From Utricularia gibba (Eukaryota; Plantae; Magnoliophyta): a stretch of 64,000 nt of DNA. The stretch covers positions 744,001 through 808,000 of the forward strand of contig CM007990.1 of the NCBI GenBank assembly GCA_002189035.1. The letters are read 5' to 3'. Positions 52,139 to 64,000 of the stretch are shown piece by piece. A program made the position numbers and the translations under genes. The notes under the pieces are model-generated. The model was not told where the DNA came from and did no database searches. It was given only the letters and a program-made list of their open reading frames with translations. Within the stretch, counting starts at the first letter, position 1; every line of letters begins with the position of its first letter.

Positions 52139-53233
52139 CACCTCAACAAAAAGCTTCCTGATTTGGAAGTGGGGTGCACCAAAATCTAGTTTTCTTCTTG
52201 AAATACAGGCAACCAACACCAAGCTCCGCCAATGATCCAAGATGTGAATGCAAGGGAGAAAGAAGAGGGAATTTTGCAGCTTCCTGGATTGACCAGTTGT
52301 AGTTAATGCTGGTGGAACTGGTGCCTTGTGCCTTCTCTCTTCCGTAAGCAGTAGCCATTTCTATATGTAAACACTTTGAAGATCTACCTTGGTTAATAGT
52401 TATCCTGCTGTTGACTTTCTTTCTTTTTTTTTCTGGAATCCGCCATGGTGATTGTGACAACCCATCTTACTCCTGTAGTTTAAAGCCGTTTACTTCTGCG
52501 TTCCAGACTCAATAACACCATTTTTATTCCTCTGTTCATTCATTCCTATCAGTAACGCAGTATTTTCCTCATGTAAACAACACAGTTTCTTGCCATCATT
52601 CATCTTCCCAGGGCCTTCATCGATTCCATGATCAAATCATTGAAGTATAGGGGGGCCTGCACTACGCATGTTAGAATATGTATTAATGGCTTAGCTTCAA
52701 GGCATGTATAACAATAACTGCAATACAATGTAGGGTGATAGTCTACCATTGGAAAAATGTCTTCTTTATGTTGGCGGTTGCATCATGTGTTGTTAGACAA
52801 AAGGTACTTCGATTGCTACTGATCAACTTACAAACATGATCTTCTAACTAATGAAAGCATGGACTTTTTCTTCTTGATTATGAACTACTTCTAACAAACT
52901 ATCTCAATAAAAATCAAAATAATGTTGTACTTCGTCACAGTCTTTTATGAAATTTTATACGAAAACTTATATATAATATATGATTGACCCCATTGTAAAT
53001 TTATAAAAAAAAATTCTTGATGAAAAAAGTTTTTTAAATTTATACTAGATACAGATTGAAATCAAAACTAGGTTACTCTTTATTTTTTAAATTTTATTTT
53101 ATTGTCACATATTTCGAAAATATATCCGGTCACAATTTTATTTGGGCTTCCTGGCTCGTGTCCTAGGCCCATACCCCGATCCCGGGTCGCTATTGGAATT
53201 GGGTTAAGCCCAAGTTAATATTAATTCCAAAAA

Positions 53234-55333
53234 ATGGATTTGGAGGTGTCTTTAATGGCGGTTCGGAAAATGTTGCTTGTGCACCAGAAGCAATTTCCGG
53301 TACCCTTCGGTCGACCTGCCCGCTGCTCCGGTCACCGGCGCGTTGGTTCCTTTCGTATTATAGGGATGTCTACGTCGTCACAAGAAACGCATAGCGTGGA
53401 AAATCAAGAGCTTTTAGACCAAGCCATCCGGTACCACGGTCAGACTAAACACTCCTTCACCAATTACGCTCGCGGCCCTCACGGCCTGGACTGGGCAAAT
53501 CAGCCGAATCCATTCCGCCGCTATCTCACCGCTCCAATACTTCCACTGCTCCATCCGGATACCGATGGCGTATTCGCTACCCCTGCATATTCCTCCCTTT
53601 TCAATTCTGTCCCGGCTCCGAAGCCGGTCACTAAAGAGACAATTTCGGAGCTTTTCTACAATTCGTTGGCCCTTTCCGCCTGGAAGAAAAGTGGGTTTTC
53701 AACGTGGTCGCTGCGCGTGAACCCTAGCAGTGGAAATTTGCATCCTACTGAAGGTTACTTGATATCCCCACCCATTGCGGCACTCTCGGAACACTCGTTC
53801 GTCGCGCATTACGCCCCGAAAGAGCATGCGCTGGAGCTCAGAGCGCGAATCCCATCAGGTTTCTTCTCGGAATGCCTTCCGGAGGGTTCTTTTTTGATTG
53901 GATTGTCATCTATATTTTGGCGTGAGGCATGGAAATATGGGGAGAGAGCTTTCAGGTATTGCAATCACGACGTTGGGCACGCAATAGCTGCTGTTGCCAT
54001 GGCTGCTGCTGGGCTTGGATGGGATGTGAGAATCTTAGATGGGTTATGTTATGAAGAGTTGCAGAAATTGATGGGACTCGATAACCATGAAGAATTCAGT
54101 ATTCCCAGCAGACCCGTGAAGGGAAAAATGCCTGAAATTGAGTTCGAGCACCCAGATTGCGTATTGCTTGTTTTCCCCAGTGATCTATCTGGTTTTGAAA
54201 TGGATTATGAGAAGTTGAGATCATCTTTGCAGAAACTTTCAAGTTTTGATTGGATGGGGAAGGCGAACACCCTCAGTAAAGAGCATATTTGTTGGGACAT
54301 CATTTACAGAACAGCAGAAGCTGTGAAAAAGCTTGCAGTATCAAGGAAAGAATTGATTTTGAAGCCTTTTAACAGTTCCAGATTCGTCAGTGAGAGTTCA
54401 TATAAGGGGCTTACTCTGAGTCAAGTGGTGAGAAAACGGAGGAGTGCTGTTGATATGGATGATTCCACAGCAATTTCAAGGGAAACTTTCTATCAGATTT
54501 TGGTACATTGTGTGGCTTTTGGCGATCATGAAAGTGAGCAGAAGCAGAAGACTCAACTGACGTTGCCATTTCGAGCATTGTCTTGGCCTTGTCAAGTTCA
54601 TGCGGTTTTTTTTGTTCATAGAGTTCTGGGGTTGCCGAATGGCTTGTACTTCCTGGTGCGAAACAGTGACCATTTTCACGAGCTTAAGGCGGCAACAAGA
54701 CCGGAATTCAAGTGGGTTAAGCCGGACGGCTGCCCGGACGATCTTCCCCTGTATGAGCTCTCACAAGGCAACTGTCAAGAACTATCAAAACGTCTATCAT
54801 GCCATCAGGTCTGCATATGGAAAATCTGAGATCTCTATTTGATAGTTTCTCATAACCAAATATAATTCACAGTGCCTTGATCACCTTTAAAACCTTGACT
54901 GTTGCTACACAGGACATCGCCAGTGATGGCTGCTTCAGCCTGGGAATGGTAGCGCGTTTTGAGGCAACTCTACGGGAAAATGGAGCATGGATGTATCCAC
55001 GCCTTTTCTGGGAAACCGGAGTTCTCGGCCAAATTCTTTACCTTGAAGCACATGCCGTCGGCATCTCTGCTACCGGAATCGGATGCTTTTTCGATGACCC
55101 TGGTACTTCCCTTTGCCCCTTCACTATCTCGATAGTACGCTCTAGTAGTAACTTGAATCATGTTTTAAAGCTCAACGTGATTCTGTGCTGCACAATGTTT
55201 TGCAGTGCACAACGTTCTGGGGCTGAGAGGATCGCTGTTTCAGAGCTTGTACCATTTCACCGTCGGCGGGCCGGTGCTCGACCAACGGATCATGAGCCTG
55301 CCGGCGTATCCTGGGCCGAATGTAGATGCTTGA
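53234..55333 (+). CDS. Nitroreductase-family / SagB-ThcOx-like protein (At1g02020-like) with an N-terminal organellar-targeting-like extension
   Basis: Exons 53234-54808, 54913-55102 and 55206-55333: YHGQTKHSFTNYARGPHGLDWANQPNPFRRY, LRVNPSSGNLHPTEGY, REAWKYGERAFRYCNHDVGHA, RKRRSAVD, YPRLFWETG...QILYLEAHAVGISATGIGCFFDD, YHFTVGGPV.D.RI. Confidence 0.9.
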
Positions 55334-55538
55334 GTACTCTTCACCGTGTAAGTTTCGAAGCAGGTCAGCATTTAGCTCCATTTTCGCCAGTTTGGAAGCT
55401 GTGACCTCATGCTGTATACATAAAGTACAGAGTTAAATCTATAAACGAAGTTCAGAGAAGGAGGAGCGTCCGTTTGGAAACTGGAAATTGCTCCACAGAG
55501 AAGGGAATGGGAGGCAGTAGATACTGCGGGATCGATAT

Positions 55539-57131
55539 TTACAATCCGGCGGTGAAGGGCACACCGGTGGGCGGAATCCAGTGGTCGCCGGTGATGAAGT
55601 TCTTGGCCGTGAACCGATCGGCCTCTGCCGGGTCTCTGAGTACGTGGAAACCAGGCCATTTAACCCGGTTGCCGGTATTCGCTCCGGCCCCAACGTTCAT
55701 GTACTCCCCGTAATACAGAGTAGAAACTGCGAAATCGCCGTGCCACTCTCTCCACCCCCTGCCGTCGATGCATCCATCGATCGCCGTTTTCATGAACACC
55801 GTTCTCGAGTACTTCTTCCATGGACGCCCCAGATAGCTCTTGATCCGACCCTTTACGGCGCCGAGCTCCGTCGCGGGTAGGACTCGGGAATTGATCACGG
55901 AAATTCCGGTGTTCTGGTTGGGGTCACTTCGCCCCTGCGCAGTTATCGTGTTGGCTTGGTGATCCATCGGGCGGCGTACGATTATGTCGCAGTTTTGGAA
56001 TACGGCGGCGGCGTCACCGAATATGAAATCCACCGTGCCGTGAATTTGGCAATCCCGAAAGAATTGGCGAGAAGCGAGGACGAACAGCGTGTCCTGGAAA
56101 CCCTTGAAACTGCAACGGTAGAAGATTGACATATCAGAACTTACTCTCACCGCCACCGCCTGGTGCTTCGCCGGCCCCGCCGTGTTCTCGAATGTCATGT
56201 CTCTTGCCCAGAACCCGTCCCCTGCAACACCTGTTTGCTGCAATTCATTATCAATGATTTCCGTTACTGTTTTCACCTCTCGGATTCTTAATTTCTTACC
56301 AAGTGTGGCCGAACTGATGGTGGTTGCTCCGTCGATGGCGTTGCGGTTACCCGTGACGATGGTTTTGTCGATTCCATCGCCGACGAACATAACGTTCCTT
56401 AAATGTCCGCCGATCTCCACCTTCTCGCGGTATACACCGGATTTCACATACACAACCGCTCTCTCCGGCCGATTACGACCTAATCGAGAGAGAGCATTCA
56501 CCGCATCGTTGATCGTCTTGTACTGACCGGAGCCATCTTGTGCCACAACGAAGCCCGCCGGCGATGTCCCCGGCTTCCAGGCCCCCAGAAGCCCATCGCC
56601 GGAACTCCGCTCAGGGATTTGCCCTGAAGAGAATCTCATCAGTATCCCCAATCGAAACATGCTTTAAATTAACACACCCTGTGTTTGACCTCTCGGAAAC
56701 CTATTCATCCCTTTAACGGCAATGAGCGCGTTTCGAATAACCGCCGTCAAATTCTGGGACTCCAACGGCGAACCACTCCTTCCTAGTTCATCCAAACAAG
56801 CTCTGTGGCTAGCCATGGCGGAGCTCAGCCAAGCCACTGCATCATCTCCGGCGCCGTCACCAGAAAACAACCTCGCTAGCCTCTGCTCCGCCGTCACATA
56901 CAACGTCACACATCCTTCAATGGCACCACCGGCCAAGCCCCATTCTCCAGCAGCACGCTTATCATCACCAAACCGCTGAGCCCACGAAACTGCTCGCAGA
57001 ATCCCCTCCCTCGCCATCTCCACCTCTTCAAGGCCATCATCAAAGCCTCCGGCGACACAGAGTAAATGCACAATCAAAAGAACCTTGAAAAAGATCATTT
57101 TCAGGGAAACACATCTCGGAACGGCGTCCAT
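55539..57131 (-). CDS. PME36: Pectin methylesterase with a short PMEI pro-domain (PME36-like)
   Basis: Exons 57131-56690, 56623-56300 and 56230-55539. Signal-peptide-like N-terminus; catalytic motifs GVYREKV, HQAVAV, FQDTL, DFIFG and YLGRPWK. Confidence 0.88.
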
Positions 57132-58549
57132 GTTCCGAAGCTTAGAAACAGTTTCACAGACATGTGTCGGCGTGGATCATTTATGTGCATGAACGAAGAT
57201 CTCTGCCTCAACGACAAGTAGCCGGGCGTTGTTCGAATCTCCACCGATTGGCATTTCTCTGCACCTCCATGCATTGTAAGCATTAACTATAATGTAATGT
57301 GTTCGAAATCAAATCATAATTTCGGTTCAAAATATTGACTTTTCGTATGATTTAAAATAATATTTCATTTTTAAATTATTTTTTTATATTTAAAACCATG
57401 GTTGAAACCAAAAATGTACATTTGATTATGATTCGATTTCAGTTTCAATTTCAATTCAATTCAAGGTTTATGATTCTGATTTTGAATCAAACTATAATCG
57501 AATTTGACATTGAACCGTAATTTATAAACCAACCAATAACAACAATAACATCAAACAATAAGATAATAATAAAACTAAAAGAAACTTAATAATATTTATC
57601 CAAACAATACGTAAAATAGTAATAATTCAAATCAAATAAAATTGATTAAATTCAATTACTCTCTTTACATTACATTTACGTGTAACCCATTTTTAAAAGT
57701 CAATTATTAAATAGAATATTTGGAAAGTATAAATAATATTATTAAATGCCAGATTTTATTTTTGAATACTTTGTTCCAGCGCATTGCTGACGTCAGTTCT
57801 CCCTCTTCCCATGATCCCGAGTTCCGTACCGAACGTTCCGGTAGTTTCCATGAGAGTTCATTCACCACTCATCATCTTTCACACAAACCTGGGGTTGTTC
57901 AATCTATACATAAAGAATTCTCATTCGCAATAGAAGGTCAACAACATGCCCAAAATTTCAAAATACTTTAGTAGTAAAGATAATTTATAGTTTTTTTTTT
58001 TCGAATTGAATGGGTTATTTGGTATTTCATTTTCATATTAAGATAGTGTTTAGTTGATGTAAATAAGATAAAATGAGTTTAATTTGTTTCAGTTGAAATA
58101 TAGTTAATGTAACGAGATTCATTTTTTTAAAATAGTATTTAGTTATTGATATTAGAAATGAGGTTCAGTGATTTTAAGTAAAATAATAAGGATGTGGTTA
58201 ATTGAATACAGATTAAAAAAATTATGTAATTTAGTATGCATTTAAATATAATAATTAAATATTATATAATTCCATCAACCAAATAATCATTAAGTATATT
58301 TATTCTTTTATTTTTAAAAATAAAAAAATAAGTCTATGTTGAAGGAGATATGAAGGTATTTTTCTCCTGTAAAATCCATTAAATTATTCAATGGATTCAA
58401 CAAAAACGCCTTTTGAGACGTTGACTTTTCATCATGTACTGCTTTAGGGGCTTATTTCAATTATTTAAGCTGACTTTCATATTAAATATATTGTTGTCTT
58501 AAATACTATGATTATTTATTTGGTAATAAATCGAATATTTTAATGAAAA

Positions 58550-60275
58550 ATGGCTGTGAATAGACGTTATCTTTACAAGGAGTCTAAACTGTTTGCTGCT
58601 AAACCGACATTCATGGCCACAACCGTTCTTCTTCTGGCTGCTTCTTTAGCCCTCGCTTCTGCCGCCGCTTCCGGCGAGTGTCCGCCGGCGATCACGGGAT
58701 GGTGTGAGAAGACTCCATACCGGAATACGTGTGTCAGCATGCTTTGTGGAAACCCTCAATACCATGTCCCCATCAAAACCCCATTTGATTTCTTCAACCT
58801 GTCCACTTCCTTAGCCCTGGATCACTCCCTTTTAGCTCGTAAGAGCTTGGAGTGGCTCGGCTCCAAGTGCCGTGGCCGCCGGCAAAGAGCTGCCTGGACG
58901 GATTGCGCGGAGCTCTTCGGTAGCATGGTTAGGCATATCGGGAAGACCCTCGATCGGAATGGGAATACCACGGCGGAGGACGCCCAAACGTGGCTCAGTA
59001 CGGCGCTGACGAACCTCGAAACGTGCCGAGATGGAGTATCCGATATCGGAATAAGTGGTATTGGTGCTATTCATGCTGTCTGCGGCAACCTTAGCCGATT
59101 GATCAGCAACGCCCTGGCGGCGAACCGCTATGGTGAAAAGAGTACAATTGAGAATGAGGAGTTCCCGAGTTGGGTTGATAGGAAACTGTTGGTGTCATCA
59201 AACCCCTCGCCGGATATCGTCGTTGCCAAGGATGGCTCCGGGGACTACACGACAGTCGCTGCGGCGGTTGCCGCAGCTGCTGGAAAAACTAGTGGAAGTG
59301 CTGGCAGGTTTGCGATTTACGTGAAGGAGGGGATTTACAAGGAGACTGTGAATATTGGGAACGGGTTAAATAATATCATCATGTACGGCGATGGAATCGG
59401 AAAGACGATCATCACCGGAGCTAACAGCGTCGCCGGCGGATACACCACCTACAGCTCAGCCACTTTTGGTAAGCGAACATCATGTTTGACCTCAAAGATT
59501 AAAAAAAAGAAAAAAGTCAGCTCAATTCATCACCAAGAATTGAAATTTTGGTCAACTGAATTAAAAATAAAATTTTTTTCCTTGCAGCGGTAGATGGGAC
59601 AGGGTTCATTTCCAAGGGAATAACCTACCGGAGCACAGCGGGCCGGCGGGTCAGCAAGCGGTGGCCGTCCGGTCGAGTTCCGATCAATCCATTTTCTATC
59701 AATGCAGCATCGAAGGTTACCAAGACACACTCTACGTCATCTCCAATCGTCAATTCTTCAGGGAATGCAACATCTACGGCACCGTGGATTTCATCTTCGG
59801 CAACGCCGCCGTCGTCTTCCAGAAATGCAACATCTACGCCCGTAATCCGCCACAAAAAGTCAATACCATCACGGCCCAGGGCCGAACCGACCCGAACCAA
59901 AACACGGGCATTTCTATTCACAATTGCGTCGTGGCAGCAAACTCGACGCTTCCTTCCACCGTGACTACGTATTTGGGTCGACCCTGGAAGGACTACTCGC
60001 GAACCGTTGTCCTGGAATCGAAATTGGGCAGCTTGATTAACCCCGCCGGTTGGTCGGCGTGGGAGAGGAACCCAGTTCCCAGCACGCTATACTACGGCGA
60101 GTACAGCAACACCGGTGCCGGCTCGTCCACGGCGAAACGGGTTAAATGGGCGGGGTACCATGTGATCAGGGACTCCTTGGTGGCCAGTCAGTTCACGCCG
60201 GGCCAATTTATCTCCGGTAACGACTGGCTACCGGCTACCAATGTGCCGTACGCAGCAGGTCTAATCAAGGGGTAA
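58550..60275 (+). CDS. PME17: Pectin methylesterase with PMEI pro-domain (PME17-like); one apparent frameshift near 59640
   Basis: Exons 58550-59468 and 59588-60275. PMEI domain WCEKTPY..C...AAWTDC..L...DAQTWLSTALTNLETC, RKLL processing site, then GIYKE, QQAVAV, YQDTL, DFIFG and LGRPWK. Confidence 0.88.
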
Positions 60276-60764
60276 CCCCTACCCTCCATTTCACCGCCAT
60301 GGCTTCCCTGTACACACCCAGGCGGTTAATCCTCCGGTTAACCTCCGATCCCCTGAAAAATGCGCCGGAGCAGTAACACCATGAACACGGAATACAAATA
60401 CTTGATACTTTCATCGATAGTGACTGATTATGGGCACCGCCGGAAGGGTGTCAGGGAAGAGATAATGAGGCCAGCATCTGCTCAGAATGCCCATGGCACC
60501 TCCAGATATCTTCAGGAGTAGACTCCTGAGTGCCCTGCTCTGGGTTTATGGACAGACGCGCTCCATATTTTATTATTTTATTTTATTTTATTTTCTTGAA
60601 ACTTCTTAGGAAAATAATTTTTATATATTATAATATCTATAATTTTTAATACAATAATTTAATTACTGATAAATTCAGTATTTAATTCACCAATAAATAA
60701 AATTGTAGTAGTACATGTGTTGAAGTATGGATGACTGCCTGTAAATTTAATTATTTTTATTTTG

Positions 60765-60784
60765 ATATATATATATATATATAT
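60765..60784. repeat. (AT)10 microsatellite
   Basis: gATATATATATATATATATATg, read directly. Confidence 0.85.
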
Positions 60785-62811
60785 GATTATTTTAATTGAA
60801 TTCGCATGTGCAGTTGTGTCTCTAGTCGGTTCAATTTATTTTTTATTTAATTATAAATTTGAATTCATTTGGCCTTTTTTCTTTTATTATATGATAATCA
60901 CATCCCGAATCTAGTTTAGAGCCTCTCGTTTTGAACTAACGATCAAATGTCACGATTCCTAACATCTATGAAAATCTAATTAAAATATTATAAATGCTTA
61001 TTTATTGTTATATTTAATTTAAAAAATGTGGATTCAATTTGAATCGAATTAAAATTCGTATTGAACTCATAATTTTAAGGTGTAAATAATAGTCCTTAAT
61101 TGCATGATTTTTCACGATTTTATGCAGCTATTCCAATTTCCAAAATTGTTTTCATTAATTATTGTTATTTATTACTATTATGGTACAATTAATTTCCATC
61201 CATTGTATTCTTTTTTAATATTATACTGTAAAATTATTTATAAAAGCACAATATTCTTAGACCATGCCTTAAAATTAGCCTTTCTAAAGATGAGATTATA
61301 AAATTTAAATACAATCAAATAATTAATTTTTGACAAAAAAGAATAAAAATTACCTAAATTTTAATATTAAATTAAAATGGAATCTACAATATATAATTAC
61401 GTAAAGAACTGAATGTACACATATTTTAAATATTATTATTAAATAAAATCTCTATATTTAACTCTTATTACGATATGATTCGTTTGGAATATTAAGATTC
61501 TCATTTTTTTATTTCAAAAAATATTATTAACACCACAAAATTCAATAAAAAAATAATTGAAATTGGGTTGTGTTGAAGGGGTTGGTAGTTGAGAAGGGGA
61601 CAAAGGGAATTGAATGGGGAGCATCATTCTAGGGATTTGCTTTTGAAATTAGTTTAATTGTGCAATTGAATTTCATTGATTATAATGATTGGATTGGATG
61701 GGGTGAAATGTGGATGATTCTTGGCCTCTAAATTTCATATGATTTTCATGTGCATTTAAATTTGTTTGACATTATGCTTTTTCTTTTATAATATACTAGA
61801 TATGGGTGTAATTAATTTATACATAATTTGATACAGATGACAGTGTTTTGTAATAATTATTATATATTATCTTTTTATGTAAAAAATTATAATTGAATAA
61901 TTAAATAATATTATTAAAATATTTATATTTAATCATGTATCACGTGGTTAAAAATAAAAGAATAATATCTTATTTTAATGTAGGAAGACTAAGTAAATCT
62001 ATTTCATACATAATTTTTTGTTTTAATATAAATAAAAAAATTAGTGATATATTTAATCCCTTATGTAATATATCATTACTTACAACACGTGTAATTAAAA
62101 TAATTTAATTTATTTAATTCTTTTTAAGTGGGCATTTTCCCCTCAAAATATGAGTGAATAATCTTTTTATTAATTATATTTTATAAATTTATATTACCAA
62201 TCAAACATATTTTATAATTTATTTAATACAATTAAAAATTATAATAATGTCAAATCACAAAAGAGGCAAAAATGTGAGGTGGGAGGAAGAGGAAATCAAG
62301 AAAACGGGGGTGGCGGAGATTGAGGAGGGAGCAGCCGGCGCCCCTGCAAATCGGTGGTACAGATGATTTTCTTTTTTGCAGAAACGGCGAAAGAGGGCGC
62401 CGGCTTCTACACATCAATCGTGGGTTCGGTGAGCCACCAAATCAAAACCCTATGTTGGTGTTCAGATCAAATTAAATGCGCCTTCGCCAACTCCGCCACT
62501 TGTGTTCCTTCGTTGGGAGCAGCAGTAGCACCCAGTATCAGTTTTGCAGCGCAGGGCAGGCGCCGTTTCTCCTCTTTTCCCGAACCCTACTCCATCCCCT
62601 TCCCCTTACACTTTCTTTAATACGCTTCGCACACATACCACTTCTATTTCTATATATATCTTCTCTCTGCTGTGTACCCATCTTTGTGCTTCTCAAGTTT
62701 CGTCTTTTCCTCACACCTCTTTAGAGGGTTTCTGTTTTGCTATATGTACCCCCTTGGTGTATAGATTTTCTTCAGTTCCCCTCTCCTGGGAAGAAGCAGA
62801 AGAACGAAAAC

Positions 62812-63965
62812 ATGGTGGGCATTTCTCTTCTCCTCTATGAATTTTGTCATTGTTTCTGATCCGTAGTCTTTCTGTGAATTGTGTTTTTTTTTTTTTTTGT
62901 TGTTGCTGGTTTGGGGTTGTTTTTCTGTGATTTTGGCTTCTAGGGTTTGTTTTTCTTTTGAACTCTGCGTCTTTCGTATGAATTCGGTTTCTCTTGTTTT
63001 TGAATTCTGCGGTGTAGTTGGTTTCGTCGGAAGTTCTTCCTTCATGGCTGTCTGTGCTGTTGGCTGAGAAGTTCTTCAACGCCTGTATAATTCATGAAGA
63101 TTGTAAGAAGAATGAGAAGAACGTGTTTTGTTTGGACTGCTGCGAGGGTATTTGCCCTCACTGTCTACCGTCTCACACCTCTCATCGTCTTCTCCAGGTA
63201 ATCTCATCAATTCCCCTTCGTCGTCTTCTTCTTCTCTGTAAAACTTTTCTGATTCTGAGAAAACGTTGTGCCCAGATAAGACGATATGTGTACCACGACG
63301 TCATAAGGCTTCTCGATGCTAGCAAACTCATGGATTGCTCCCATGTTCAAGTAAGTTTTTACAGAAAAGTTTCTTGGGAGAATTTGAACGAACTTCGTTG
63401 TTTCTCTGTGAATTCAGATGTACACTACAAACAGTGCCAAAGTGGTGTTTCTCAATCAACGGCCGCAGGCACGGCCGCCGCGTGCCTCCGGTAGCCTCTG
63501 CGTCACCTGCGACAGAAACCTCCAGGAATCGTACCTCTTTTGCTCCCTTTTTTGTAAGGTGAATTTCGAAATCCCGAATCCATTTTTGCTCTCATAGTTC
63601 ATTCAAGTGATGAATCTCAACGGACTGAATCCCATGTTCAGATTCAGCACATTCTGCAGAGTGGAGGCAAGCTCTCCGACCATCTCCGAAATTGCGAATT
63701 CCTTGCTTTACCGGAGCCCGGGCTGGACGACGGACAATTGACGCCAGAGTCGGTCCTCGATCCCGACCCGGCGACCACAGAGTCGGGTTCCAGTAGCGAG
63801 TGCCATAATGTGAGCTGTACGGCGACGACAGAAGCGGTGGTCAGGAAAAAGAGAAGCAATCTTGTCTCCGTCTGCCGGAACCCGTTCCGCACAGTTTGCC
63901 GGCCCGCATCCCTCGCCGGCGAGTCTCGCCGCAAATCCACGCCACATCGCTCCCCCTTCCACTGA
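62812..63965 (+). CDS. PLATZ zinc-binding transcription factor (At3g60670-like)
   Basis: Probable ATG-only first coding exon at 62812-62814 spliced to 63018 (LVSSEVLPSWLSVLLAEKFFNACIIHEDCKKNEKNVFCLDCCEGICPHCLPSH.SHRLLQ), then IRRYVYHDVIR, YTTNSAKVVFLNQRPQ, CVTCDRNLQESYLFCSLFCK, and terminal RRKSTPHRSPFH*. The donor (GTGGGC) is weak, so the start is less certain. Confidence 0.9.
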
Positions 63966-64000
63966 CCCGCTCTCCAAAGGCAAGTGAGTTGGAAGGGGGG

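Noticed and set aside
52139-52240. N-terminal extension of GAE from the ATG at 52240 (MDHWRSLV...)
   Set aside because: It is not similar to GAE N-termini as I know them; MAKGKQ at 52138 gives the normal length. It could be a leader ATG, but that is unsupported.

Overview
Compact, gene-dense plant (eudicot) nuclear DNA with 17 recognisable protein-coding genes and no intact transposon, rRNA, tRNA or CRISPR array that I can support. In order: ARM-repeat protein (truncated at the left edge), SAM50, plastid fructosamine/ribulosamine kinase, an At1g70780-like protein, SOC1-like MADS-box, a 16-kb BEACH/WD40 gene, an NADPH quinone oxidoreductase, a GRF-like WRC gene, ANKZF1/Vms1, AHL, ARF-GEF BIG, RPS13, GAE, a SagB-like nitroreductase, two head-to-head pectin methylesterases and a PLATZ factor. 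From recalled locus identities (not searched) the gene set matches the Arabidopsis At2g45/At3g60-61/At1g01-02/At4g00 block. Nine apparent 1-bp deletions, all in or next to short homopolymer runs and including one in RPS13, most likely reflect long-read assembly error, so the affected genes are called CDS rather than pseudogenes. The best candidate for new biology is a GRF9-like gene with no QLQ domain that keeps an intact WRC domain, a canonical miR396 site and a decayed second WRC. Next are a GTAC (SPL-site) array upstream of SOC1 and a promoter-bearing unit at 8.3-8.8 kb with no recognisable product. Exon boundaries and alignments were read by eye; no searches were run.
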